Positions 39,235-51,870 of a DNA stretch of 64,000 bases are shown piece after piece. The DNA is from Pseudovirgaria hyperparasitica. Taxonomy: Eukaryota. The translations under genes were made by a program, and so were the position numbers. A model generated the notes under the pieces. The model was not told the origin of the DNA. It worked only from the letters and a program-made list of their open reading frames with translations, and did no database searches. Location: the NCBI GenBank assembly GCA_010093815.1, contig ML996565.1, one strand, 5' to 3'. Each line of letters opens with the position of its first letter. The stretch's first letter is position 1.

Positions 39235-39955
39235 TATATATATACATTAGCTAGAGATCTAAGGAAGGAATATTCGTCTACCCTTAACGGCGATTAATGA
39301 AGCTAAATTAGTAACCGTAATAACGCGAATAGGTCACATAGAACCGGTTCTAATAAGAATAGACCACTATAGACCCTTCTAAACCTAAACTAGGGAAGAT
39401 AGTATATAAATTAACGACTTACCTTAAGAGCGAGGTGGATATACTAGAGAATAAAATTAAAGGCGAGCGAAGCTAAATATATACTCGACTAAAGTAGTAA
39501 TTATATATCCTAGGTAGTAGCCACGAAGTAAGGGATAAGCGCGTATATAAACTAGTAAAAGTGAACTAGAATCTCGAGTTTACCTATATTAAGGATAGTT
39601 ATAACGTTATAGGAACTTAGTTACGGATATATAGATATATAATAGATTATAGAGACTTAGAATTATATATACTTAAGTGCTTTAGGGCGAAGTATAAAAA
39701 GAAGAAGGATATTATTAGGACGGGAACTATAATAGATCTATATAGACTATTCTAATCTATATAGCCACGTAGTGGCTAGAGCTAGGTTAAGTTAGCTAAG
39801 TTAAGCGATATTACTATATAAGTAGACCATATAAACCGATTCCTACTCGTTAGGAATTAACCTCGTATAAGAGTAAGATTACTCCATAAATACATTCCTA
39901 TATCTCTCTATGAACTATTAGACTACTATCCCACGTCTTTACTCTTTATAAGATA

Positions 39956-40900
39956 TATATTTAACGTATAACGTCTAGAAAGCCATCTAGTATTTAAGGA
40001 CTACCTAGGTTATTACGTCTATAGGCTTCTATAAGGCTATGCTAAAGGGTGTGGATATACTTTAATATATATATCCCGTAGATTTATAGTTTCTCGAACT
40101 TAGGTATAGCTTCCTAGCGCTCTACTAATTCCACGGTATAAATCTATTTCTAGATTAATAAGTACTATTCCTCGTAGGCGTTATCTCTAGTTTCTTCTAA
40201 GTATATATCGGGTACTCGGAGTAGAATACGGCCTCTTCTTACTAGTATAGCTAGGCTTATCTAGTTAGGGTTATTAAGAAGGAGGTTATTAAAGTCTCTT
40301 ACTAGTTCTTCTCGAGTAATATAGTCGTTCCTCATTTATAACTCGAGTTAATTAGTATATATATTAATTAGTACTAACGTACGAGCGTCTCTAGTAAGGT
40401 CCCTTATAGCTAGGTTAGTATTAAGGAGCGCGGTAAGCGCGTTAATGGTGTTTAACGGCTTATTACGGGCGTGTCCTATATTTTAGGGAGTATTAGCTCC
40501 TTCTATAGGGACGTCGCTATCGCGATCGGGGTTCTATAAGGAAGATATCTTAATATAGCTTAGGTAAGGAAGGCGTTTTCTAGGGTGATAATTATCTTCT
40601 AAGTTAGAATTACGGCGTTAATTTATATTAACGAGTAGCTAGAATATCTATCACGGACATAGAGGGAGTTAATATATATTTTTCTTACGTGACTCTTTTA
40701 GCTTATTTTATAATATATTACTATCCGCTAGGACTATTGAATTTAGTCGTTAAGCTTTATTACCGTAATTTCTATCTCTGAAATTAGAATATATTGCTTT
40801 AGAGAAGGGTTTTCGTGTTAGACTCTAGGTTCGTTCTTATTATTATCTAGTAAGTTATATAGTTCGTCGTAAGCGTTAAATGTTTTTAACGAGTTCCCTT
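39956..40900 (-). pseudogene. Element A 5' region / gag N-terminal part
   Basis: Lies between the B2 TSD and the 5' LTR of A; RIP-type composition; position upstream of the gag knuckle. Confidence 0.6.
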
Positions 40901-40989
40901 ATATAAGGGGTAAGATAACTACCCCTTAGGAGGCATCGCCGAAGCGATAGCCTCCCTAGGAGGATAAAAACTAGATTTCAGCTACTAGA

Positions 40990-41121
40990 TATAGAAACTT
41001 TAGTAAATTAGACGTGGTAAAATTGATTAACGTGTCTACTAAGTCTATCTAAGTGCTATATATACCAGCCTAACGCTGAATAAGATCTAAGTAACGGGGA
41101 TTACCTAATAGGAATCCCACA
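40990..41121 (-). repeat. Element A 5' LTR (132 bp)
   Basis: Direct repeat of 7587-7718, ends TCCCACA followed by TCGA. Confidence 0.93.
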
Positions 41122-42592
41122 TCGATTCTGAAGCCTCAGAGTATCAACGATATCAAGCGTGTCCTCGCGTATGCAACGGAACAGAAGCTTGCGGTTTCGA
41201 TCAGGACTGGTGGCCATCAATACAGCGGCGCCTCCTCCACCGGGGGAAGAAATATCTTGCTGGATGTTTCTGAAACATTCAAGAATGAGTTCACGTATTC
41301 AAAAGATAAAAATCTCGTTCGCGTAAGCGTCAGCTGGGCACTTGGGGACTTTCTTGAGAAACTAGCCGATAATAATCTGTTTGTGCCGACTGGGCAGTGT
41401 ATTTACGTGATGCTTGGGGGACACGCGCAATCTGGTAAAAGTGGTCCCTGTCAGTTCTAGAATATATGTGCTAATATTGTCAGGTGGATGGGGCATGCTC
41501 GGACGTAGCTTCGGACTCTTTGCAGATACAGTCAAGGCTCTTGAGATCATTACGCATGACGGTACAGAGCTCGAGGTCACGAAAGAAAGCAACCCAGATA
41601 TGTTCTATGCCCTCCTAGGCGGTAGCCCGGGCAACTTTGGGGTGTTGACCCATATTACATTCACTCCTTTCCACGACGAACAATACAAGGGCTCCCGTGG
41701 CATGAAGGCCATATACAATTACAGTCATGCAAACCTCAAGCGTGTCCTCGACATCCTAGTCGAGATGGCGGAAGACGATGCATTCAGCCGTAATTTTGAC
41801 CTTGGCATCAATTGCCTTGATCTCGGTGCGTCTCTGGGTGGCCACAGTCTTCCTGACATTCCGGAACTCAAAGTGCCTGAGTTGGACATCTACAAACCAA
41901 TGATTGTCATTTACGCTCAGTGGGTTCCTACATCTCCCAACGACACCTTCGGTACCAAAGAACAGGCATGGTTCGATCGCATCCTCAAAGGCCACTTTGG
42001 AATTCCCATATTCGGGCTCAACGAAGTCGTCAAGGCGCCTATGTCCAAGATTGTCCAAATGTGGCTCTTTAAGAAGCATCGCGAGTTCAATACGCCTTAC
42101 GTCAAACGCACGTACCTCACCTCCTCGACTACCCTTTCGAAGACCGGATGGTCCGACTGGGTCGCGAGCCGTTTCGATGCCATCGTCGGCTTCAACAGCA
42201 ACAGTCTGCATTTCGTATCCCAAATTCAGGTCTTCGGTGGCGCGAAATCGCAGTTCCGCGTTAATGCAAATAATGGTACGAGTCACAGCTGGCGCGACAC
42301 AACGGTTTGTGCAACGATTGACTGTTTCCACGAGGACAATGAGATAGCCAGAGAGGCTGCAGAATCTTGGCAGCACAAGAATGACGTCGAGGGTATTGGT
42401 GCAAATGGGAAGTTTAGCAAGGTTGATAAGCGAGTGCTGTGGGGTAGCTATGGAGACTGGAATATGGAGAATGTGTGGCAGTGCTATTATGATGACAAGG
42501 AGAAGTATGAGAAGCTCGGAAGATTGAGAGGTAAGATGGATCCAGATGGGGTGTTCACACCAAATCCTTTCTCTGTGAAGAGAATATTGTGA
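41122..42592 (+). pseudogene. 3' part of FAD-linked oxidoreductase (FAD_binding_4 / BBE-like), separated from its start codon
   Basis: ILKPQSINDIKRVLAYA...SIRTGGHQYSG; intron 41435-41483; GGHAQSGGWG, LLGGSPGNFGV, C-terminal Y...YEKL..LRGKMDPDGVF; open to TGA 42592. Confidence 0.9.
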
Positions 42593-43275
42593 TTAGGCAC
42601 CTTTTTACCGCGAGCATATCATTGTATTCTCTCGAAAGTTTGAATAAGATGCGATAGAGTACCACTACTGTAGCCGCCCTTTGCCCTTTCAACTGCGGAT
42701 ACTAAAACGAACCATCTAATATTCACCGCATTTCCGCCCCTCCAATTTCATTGTAGCTTTCAATGAAATTGGCCTCGAGTCACGTATACTGGTTGCCGCT
42801 AATTAGTGTATCCCCCTATAATCGCGAGGATTTTCGGCATTCGAGACATGAGAAGAAGTACGATTGCAAATGCCACATCTTTGACAACATAGCTATCTCA
42901 GTACATGGGGGCTTTCTCTGCATAAGTTAATAGAATCTTGCAACGTCGTATCTGAAATGTTCTTCTTATTAGTCTTAAATATGCGCATTCTTATCAATAT
43001 CTTCTTCAGTCCAGCCTTAGGGTTGTAGACACGACAGTGGAAAATGAGACTAAGATGCCACAGAAGACGTATAAACTCAAACGACTGGGTATGTTGCATT
43101 CAGCGGCAATATCAAGATGTCCAAGATCTCATAACATGAATAAAGATGCGATCAATAGCTCTGTTTTGAGTGGATAAGCGGACGCGACCGGTTAAAGGTC
43201 TACGCTCATACATTAAACAGTAAGGATAGACTGGATTTGGGTTAAAAGGATGCCGACTCAGAACTGTTGGTCCGA

Positions 43276-44634
43276 TCACTTCCACTGCTCGGTATCGGGG
43301 TCCGTCGGGGTCTCATGTGTCAAGGCTATCTCGTCACTTGTCGTATCGGTGATTTGAAAATCCTGCTGCACCTGGACGCGCCAGCGACCTTTATCATCGA
43401 TCGTGGAGCCCATGCTATTGCCTACACTACTGTTGCGGTCCTCAAGCGACATCCCACCGCTCTCTGCATCTCTTGCTGGGACGGACAATTTCGACCAGCC
43501 AAATGCCGCTCTTCTAGTGCTCTTATCTAGTGATTTAGTTGTGTTCGGCGTGCGGTCTGAGGCACCGCGGGTTGTTTTCCAGATGCTGAATTGACGTAAC
43601 AATGGGCGTAGTGTGGTGAGGCTCCCCGATGTGATGGCGAGTCCGGGTTCGATGAGAGCCCAGATGGCAAAGTTTACCGTGCCAACCAGAGAGCAATGAG
43701 TGATGGGGTATCGCCAAGATAAAAGTGATTGAGCATTTACCTGTGAAATCTGGGGCATATACACCCTTGATGTATGGTATGCGAACGATTGCGGCGATAC
43801 TAGCACTGGTAAATATGTCAGAAAAGGGGAGCATATTGATAGTTAGCCATAGAATAATTTCAGCACTTACACAGCTCCCAGACATAGAATAGGTATGAGT
43901 GACACCTTCGCCTTGCGCTTCATCTTGAGTTTACACACGAGTGCTATAGCGATAACACAGAAGATGATGTCGCAAGTGGCTGAAGTGGCGGCGTAAAGAT
44001 ATGAGACGTTGGCAATAGTCTTGTTTGGTAGACAGGTTCCTCCGTTCAAGTGTCCGGGTAGCATTCTATTCCAGAAGTAACTTACCGGCGAACATTGAAA
44101 ACACGTAATGAACAAGACAGCTGTTCCTATCAGGCCGGTAAATGTCATAGTGGCCCAGAGTATGATCCGTGATACTTGTAGACAGTGATACGGAGGAGGA
44201 AGAACCCAATGGATATCTTTGCAAGCGTCGCAGATAGACAGAACGCGAGATAGCAGTTCCAAAATACCTGCCTCGTATTAGTCTTCCTCGTCCCGAACCG
44301 GAGTGAAAACTGACTCACCTTGAATATTTGCATCAGATTCTCTGGCGAGAGAGTAACCATTGGCGATCCAATTCCAAAATGTACAGCCAGCACTCCACCT
44401 GTTGTGTACCATATGCAAGTCAACTGCATAGGACTATCAGTCAGTTTCTCCACCGCATTGTCACGCTACAAGACGAATAACACGTACCAGAGCCACGACC
44501 ATGAGATAATCATCCACCCCGAATGCTTTCACAAAGAATATTCGAACATAAGTCCTCAGCAACACCGCAATGAGTGACATCGCCCCAAAGGCGATTGACA
44601 CGCCGGCAAGGGAAGCCCCAGCAGTGGTCCACAT
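43276..44634 (-). CDS. PTH11-like integral membrane protein (fungal rhodopsin domain, no CFEM)
   Basis: LRTYVR...FGVDDYL, LAKISI, FQCSPVSYFW, W..IEPGLAITSGSL.TLRPL motifs across several short introns. Confidence 0.88.
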
Positions 44635-45788
44635 CTTCGTACGCAGTTTCGTGAAAGTCAAGGTTGTTGCGCGAGTGAGATGAGCATAGATATCAGAAGA
44701 TAGCCATTTAGGGTCTTTATAGGGACAGCGCTACAGTCTAATATGATATATGTTTTGGGAACAAAAGGAGAGGTCCGCCGTCGGAACACTTGACGTCCCG
44801 GCGCCAAACCACGACATGTATTTTATAGTTGAACTATAATTGTGAGATCTGCATGTTGCAACGCTCATGTCTCGCCCATATAGCTTCGCTTTGAATACTA
44901 GTGAACTGATGGCCTGAGAACCATACAGACTAATAACTCGAAAACCAATGGAGACCGCTCAGAGGCATTCCTGATCGGCAGGAAAGCATTCCCTATGTTG
45001 CTCTCGACGCTCTAATTGAAGCGTCCGTTGAAGTCCGAGAACCTAGACTATTAGCTAGCTCGACGGTGGGAACCTAAGTGGGATTGCAATGGATAGTCAC
45101 AACGGTAACGGCTCCTGTGCCGCCTGCGCTAACCTCGAGATATACTCCGCTTGATGTCTAGTACCTTCTAGCACATACTAGACTATGGGATGTCACTGCA
45201 AATGTTCCGTTGGTGCAGCTCGAGCTTGAACAGCCAGCGAATGGCTTGAATAGCCAGTGAATGGCTCGAATATCTACCATGTATTCATCTGTTGATATGT
45301 CTTGCCGTTGAGGTATCAATTAAGGTTTCAGCGTCTGTGGGGCAACCAAGCTTTGACCATGTGCTCCTGCAGTTCATACAGGTGGCCAAGGAGACGGGGG
45401 TAAGAACGTCAGGTCATATCAGTCTGTGCCTATGCGGGGGTGAATGATTCTAGGAGGGATGCATTAGGCAGACAGCTAGATATGTTCCCGCTACCACGAG
45501 ATTAAAACGTTGTGTCGGCAGTCCGTATGCGTATGCTTGGAACCCACAAACATACATAATATATTATGATCTGTCTCTCGGTCGGCCGGAGCGGCCGGGC
45601 CACCCATACTATGTTGTGGACAATGACATCAATGTCAGAAGCCATTGGACGTATCCATCGTATTGTCACTCGTATTCTCAACACTGGCAGACTCTCCCAA
45701 CGCCTTTGTCACACCTCGGAGCACCTTGCATCACAGCGGATGATACTCAATATGATCCATTCATTCTCAAACCTTGCGATGCCATCCC

Positions 45789-47396
45789 CTAGCTGTTCAG
45801 ATACGTCCTAATGGCTCCTTGCAACCGCGTTGCACCCTCTCCAAGCATTGCTGTTAGATTGTCCAGATCATCTCCCGCAGTGATGCCAAACTTACGCACA
45901 AAATCCTTCGCAGCGCCTTCTAGGTCGCCATAGTCATCGACTGGGCCTTCGTCCTCAGGCCGTCCGAAGTACGCGTTGCTACTGATCGACGTAGCACCTT
46001 CGAATCCTTGTAGGCGGGACTTGGCTTCGTTTGCAGCGGACGGATCATGCATGCCACGACCGAAGAACTCGTCTGACGAGATGCCTTTTTGTGTACCGAA
46101 CTTCTCGCGAGCGAAGCGCTCAGAATCATCTAGGTGGATTTTTATCAGCATCGGGCCAGCATGTGCGACACGTGTTACACACCAGTCTGTGGCTTGCCCA
46201 CAGCACCAAACCCCATCTTCTTCGGGGCAGCCGTCTTCGCGCCCCCAGCAGTCTGTCCAAACCCAAGCCTCTGTATCTGCACACCAAGATTCTCCACGTC
46301 GCTACTCTTACTACCTCCACGCACCGGACTCACTGGTGTAGGGCTAATGATGGAGGAAGATTCGACGACGGACGACTTGACTGTGGCCTCGGCCGCCTCT
46401 GCATCCGGATCATAGCCAAGTTTTGCTATCCGTTCCGCTTCCTCCTTCGCTTTCTTCTCTGCTTCCTCAAAATCCAGACCGTCCGAGGCCACGACCTTCT
46501 TTGCACCCAGGCCTTTCTTCTTTGCACCCAGGATGTTTGTCTTTGGTCGATTAGCAGACACGCCTGCCGGCTTCCGTATGGCGGCAGAAGGAATAGCTTT
46601 GGCGGATGGCGTTGAGCTTTCTGCGGACACAAGAGGCGATTTAGGGCGATTGGGACCGCTGCCGTTCGCAGGCGCATTAAGAAATGGTGATGCTGTACGG
46701 CTACCTTGAGCGGGTGTACCAGTACGCGAAGGAGGGTTGCTAGGACGTTTAATTGTGGGCTTGTCCCATGATGAAAAGAAATCATCTTCGTTCTCTGCTG
46801 GTGTGCTCGCACCCTCAGAGTCAGGATCCGGAATGTCAGTTATCACGACTGGGCCGGGATATCTGTATTGATCAGTGACGTTTCGAGTGCTTATAGATGG
46901 TATAACATACAATTTCGCATCTGCAGTAACTCGCCTAGCTAGCTCCTCTTTATATTTTGTAGCAGCCGTCGAAGTGTACTTCATCTTTGGATCTTTGCTG
47001 GCGAGAGCGGCGCCGCCACCGTGTGTCTGGAAGTATTTCGTGGCGGATTCATTGCCACCAACCTTCATGATTCGAAGCTGATCCCATTGCCAGACTGTAT
47101 TGCAGGGTTAGTTATATTCTATGCACTACAGCTGCCCGACCGTACTATCTAAATTCGTTGACCGCACGAAGGAGATATGGACGCCCAAGTTGCGGTGATT
47201 CGCGGAGCAATCAAGACAGAGGTAGATGCCGAATGGGACCGAGGACCATGTAGGGTTCTTTGCGCCGCAGTCGAAACATATCTGCAGACGTAAGTAAATC
47301 GTATTTCAGACATTGCGAGGGACGTACCTTGTTTGCCGGCTTGACCTTCAGCTTCTCAAACACTTTTTGAGACTCGGTCTTGGAAGCGAGCGCCAT
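45789..47396 (-). CDS. GLO3: ADP-ribosylation factor GTPase-activating protein (ArfGAP2/3 type)
   Basis: [17 protein letters not shown]...CFDC..KNPTW...CLDC...[20 protein letters not shown]-terminal ISSDEFFG and ISSNAYFG repeats; several introns. Confidence 0.93.
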
Positions 47397-48090
47397 GTTG
47401 AGGTCTCGCACAGTCTGCCCTGCTTAGCGAATAGATGTAACACTACGGCGGATGCCGAACAATTCGAGAGTGGGAGAGGAGCTGACGCTGGACGTGCGTC
47501 TCCTTCGTTGCGAGTGGTCTAGTAACTTTCGACACGGTTGGCAGGGGAGAACGCGCGAAAAGGGATAACCTTACAGGTGAGGTGGCAGTATGATGGGCCT
47601 CTGAGCATGCATGACTAAGCGACCTGCACCCTAGGCGACGTCTTAAACCGCTGAATTAACTACTGTTGCTATATTAAATATCCGTCATACATATCTCTGC
47701 TTTCCTTGACATGTAGAACTGTTCAACTGTCTGAATGTAGGCATATGGGCCAATTACGGACTATGCCGATGCGTTTTTTGTCATTTATGCCGACATAGCA
47801 AGAACAGCCCTTGGCCCCTTTCAAGATGTGCATCCTACTGAACAACATAGGTCTTGGTGCAAAATTCGATAGTTTGTGAAGAGCACACTTCTCTCCGCCA
47901 GGGCAGACAGCCACATCTTCCTTACGGCGGGCTGTGCTGCTGACTGTTGAATCACGGCATGTTGGGAACTACCTAAGTACCTGCTGACGCCGCTGACACC
48001 CCGAGGCCTTTTTAGCTCGTGCGATCCATGTATCTAACACAGCATATTCCCGAATCGCACTAAGAGTTACGATATGACAAAAGCGACAAT

Positions 48091-49606
48091 ATGGCATCTT
48101 CAGAGATCGTACGTTCCGTGGGTAAGCTTGTCAATGGCTCCGAGGTTGCAAGGCTCCTTTAGTTGATTGACGCGACGCGTAGGACTTCTCGAGAAGTACT
48201 CGACAGCTCGCCACGATCTCGGCTTCTACACTAATGTCATTGTCGGAGCTGAGTATGTACTGCCACAGTCCTACCAATTGCCATTACAACACCACATCTA
48301 TAGAGCATGTGCAACAATCATTGCAGAGCACGCGAACCTCTCTGTGGAAATTCTCAATGGAAGAACTGCCACCCCAGTCTTTGCTAGACTGACCCAAGTC
48401 GCTTTGGAGGAGTGTGTCATCTTCGAATCAACGACGACTACCGTCAACTATCATGGCATGACTGATCAGCAACTGAGGGAAATTTTAGAGAAACAGCATA
48501 ATCAAGACTTTCCGGATCATGGACCCCTATGGAGACTCTTGATAGCATCTGACACTGCAGTGCCAAGGAACTTCACGGCGTTTTTCGTGTTTCACCATGC
48601 TATTGGCGATGGTACTTCTGGATTAGCCTTTCACAGAGAATTGCTCGCTGCTCTACTCGACAGCAAACATCATTCAAAGGGGAGTGTGGTGCAGACTGTG
48701 CTCACTAGCCCCAAGAAACCTTTACTCTCTGCCGTCGAGGACTTTCTACCATTAAGCATCTCCTGGATATACCTGCTAGGAGTCATCCTCGAGGGCTTGT
48801 TATGGAAAAAATTTGAGAAGGGCTTCTGGTACGGAGGCGTTATACAGAAGCCACTAGAAACCACTGTCCGCACGACAGGTCTGTCGAAATCTAGCTCTGA
48901 AGCCTTTCGAAGTTTGTGTAAAGAGAATGGGACGACTGTCACAGCTGCTCTTCAAACGCTGGTCGCTGAGGTCATACTGGAGATCATGCCGGCTAATTAC
49001 ACAAACATCCGAAGCAACGGCGCCATGTCTCTTCGGAGCTTCATTCCTGACGTCACTCAGAGGTCGTTTGGGGTTTGGGTCACCGCGTGGAACGAAGTCT
49101 ATCAAAAGTCCGAATTATCAACAGAAGGAATGTCTTGGAAGAGGGCCCGTGCGTCAAGAAAAGCAATCGAAGATGCAGTCGCAGCACGTGGCAACAACAG
49201 CGCTGTGGGACTCCTCCGTTACGTACCGGATTATCAAAAATACCTACTGAATAAGTTAGGCAGTCAAAGAGATGCCACATTTGAAGTCTCCAATCTAGGG
49301 GCATACAAGGATGACGCGAGATCACATGATCATCATTTGGGCGGGGAAGATCCTCACATAGAGCGGATAACGTTCAGTCAGAGTGGCAATGTAGCAGGAC
49401 CAGCACTTGCTGTGGGTGCCGTGACTGGGGGGGATGGATGTTTGTCGCTTGCCTTCAGTTGGCAGAAAGGTGTTCTGGCTGAAGACTTCGTTGTGGATGT
49501 GATGGAGAAGACTCGCACACGATTTTATGCTCTCGTCCGTGTACCCTCTCAAGAGTCTGATCCTAGCACTGTGGAATGCAACAGTGAAGACCTATACGAT
49601 GACTGA
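48091..49606 (+). CDS. Alcohol acetyltransferase-like protein (AATase, Atf1/Sli1 family)
   Basis: Exon 1 MASSEIVRSVG (48091-48121), intron 48122-48182, HxxxD motif FHHAIGDG, PLWRL, FEVSNLG, FSWQ. Confidence 0.85.
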
Positions 49607-51870
49607 AGTTACGTTCCAGTCTCAAGAGTATAGAAGGAATGCTGTAGGTCGGATATGCTAAGCTCCTTACGTATCCTGCATCGCCCCACGTGAACATGAG
49701 TCGCAGCCGGGCCACGCGGAAGGATCTGACTAAAAGCTAATTACCACGATTCCGTGCAACGTGGCCGAAAGAGAATTGTCTACCTTTTCTATTCAGTGAT
49801 GTATATGCGGCAACAAGTCTCGTGAGTCTTGAACACAAAGGTCGAATTGATACATCCATATCATCAAAGTATCAACCAAGTGGCAAAGTCATCATGGCAA
49901 AGAGCCGTTAAAGCATGGCTTGTAGTGCTCTTCAGCTGCATGCTTCGGGTTGAAAGCCACATCACCATCAGTTCTGTGTCTTTGCTGCCTCGGTAGCTTG
50001 TCTTTAAGCGCTCTGTTCCGCTTATACTTTCGCCCATACTTTCCCAATGGTTGATCGAAAACCGCAAGACCAAACGCCTAGTGGTGTTTAGTGAGGTTAC
50101 TGTCATAGACTTTTCAACTTCTAATACAGCATGCGACAAAAATTATAACCATGTTAGTTCTGCTCTACGATAGATCCACTTCTCCATCAATCACTTCCCC
50201 TCGTCTCATTTAGGTCTTCTGTACACACTCCTTAGAGTCCAAAGATACTTGTATGGAGCTGGTGTATGGAAGTGATCGGTTTTGTCATCATGATATCTTT
50301 CACTGCATTCATCACGCGTGGCTTTCATCTACTATTGGGCACACCCAAGTGAGCATTGACCAAAACCTGCGCCGAAGAGCTTGGATGTGAGGATGAAGGC
50401 ATACCCTTAGATGAGACAAGATACCTTTCGAAGACTAGGCGTATCTCGGTTGCTCGAGATGCCACTAGAGACGACCTATCATCCCCCCGGGTCAAGGACA
50501 AATCTAGGCGCCGCTTCACGCAAGATCCTTCGTAAGTAACAGGTACTGGAAGTCCCCCGGAGACGATATCTCTCCTATCGCATCCTGCTTGAACAGTATT
50601 CTGACAAGATACCATACCTTTTACTCGAACTCAAGAAACTGCGGCATCCCTCACTACGTTTCCGGACGTCGACACCTATGGTTCTGCGCTCGTCACGGTA
50701 GGAGTACCTCTGTATCATAGCACAGGCTATGCGATGTCACTTCAGCTTTATGTCGATTTTCTGGCATGTTTTGGAGCTCTCACACTGCCGCCTGAATGAA
50801 GCCGTTCCTCCATCCCGTTATGTCTCCCCGCTCTTTACATTCTAGTGGTATTTGGCTTGGCTGTGGTTTATAGAGATACGCTTGAGATCTCTTTGCATGC
50901 ATATCGAACGCGGACTCACTGCATACAACTGTTTAGAGGCGAGACTGGGATCGTAAATCCTGGAGCAGGTGATGTGTCCAGCAGCCTACTCGATGCCTTC
51001 ATTGTGGCATTGGGACTTTTGATGTTCCAATACAAGCAGGAATGGAGAGAAGTATGTAAGTATCGTAGTTCTTATGTCTCGCTTACAATCACATCGCTCT
51101 TCGGATACAACCTTTGTGTGTTCTGCAGTAGACATCTCTCCAATGCGCCCTTGTCTTTTGCCAGCCAAAGCTTGAAGCTTGCTCTTGCGACACCTGCGAC
51201 TCGGTCTCCACGAAGCTAATATCCAATTGTACAGATGATTATATGACGCGAGGAATCGCACTGGCGCGACATCATCTGCCTTTGCCACGGCGCTCATTCT
51301 TACATCTGGCTTGCCGCGTTTTCAAGTCTGTCTATGAACTTCTTTGTGACAGTACTCATTGCCTCCACGTCTGTTCTTCCTCTTGTTCGATTTATATCCA
51401 GTTTGGCAGGCGATGCAGCCTAAGCCTGGTCTTGATTTGGGTGTGAGATTCAACGTCAGTGCAATTGTCGTCTGGATAGACAAGCAAGGTATGCCATCAA
51501 AGATCATAAGATGTCTGTGTGCTTAATAGTTGTAGATTGTGTGTTATCGTGTCTTTGCCCAGGGAAGTCTGACTCCATCTGCGCAAGGCATGCGTGTTAA
51601 CGCCACGAACCATTAATAACGACAAACTTCATATGCTCCGGCGCAATCGCACCACCCGTCACATTGGTGAATGTCTCGGGTGTGGAAGGGTCGAATCACT
51701 TTGGGCCCGCCTCTTTTACTTCCACGGTTTCGGTTGCAGTCGGATCCAACCCACTAACACGACTTTTCCAAAAACGACTATCAGATCTTCAGACTGCAAG
51801 CTACCTATAAACTTTCCTCACCACCAAATACGCGCAGATCGAATGTCCACTCGCGAACAGTCTCTTCACT

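Larger units (their letters stand above)
31775..39950 (+). mobile_element. Chromovirus-type Ty3/Gypsy element B, copy 2 (inserted in gag of A)
   Basis: 238-bp LTRs 31775-32012 and 39713-39950; TSD AGATA at 31770-31774 and 39951-39955; purine tract before the 3' LTR. Confidence 0.93.
7587..41121 (-). mobile_element. Ty3/Gypsy LTR retrotransposon A (outermost, ~9.1 kb without nested inserts), RIP-inactivated
   Basis: 132-bp LTR pair, outer termini TGTGGGA...TCCCACA, TSD TCGA (7583-7586 / 41122-41125), PPT complement TCTTCCCCCTCC at 7719; own sequence at 7587-9000, 25279-31774, 39956-41121; RT-RNaseH-IN order on minus strand. Confidence 0.92.

Noticed and set aside
7587..41121. Starship or other giant DNA element, or a centromere
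   Set aside because: No tyrosine-recombinase captain gene seen; the whole interval is accounted for by LTR elements inserted into one host exon. Centromere function cannot be judged from sequence.
41414..42592. 392-aa ORF as a complete intact gene
   Set aside because: Its start lies in a different frame upstream of an intron; the real N-terminus is at 7457, beyond the insertion.
45225..45272. 20-bp tandem repeat (GCTTGAATAGCCAGTGAATG-like, about 2.3 copies)
   Set aside because: Too short and degenerate to assign a function; no spacers, so not CRISPR-like.
49864..51507. Scattered short ORFs that might be a decayed gene
   Set aside because: No recognisable motif or consistent exon chain.
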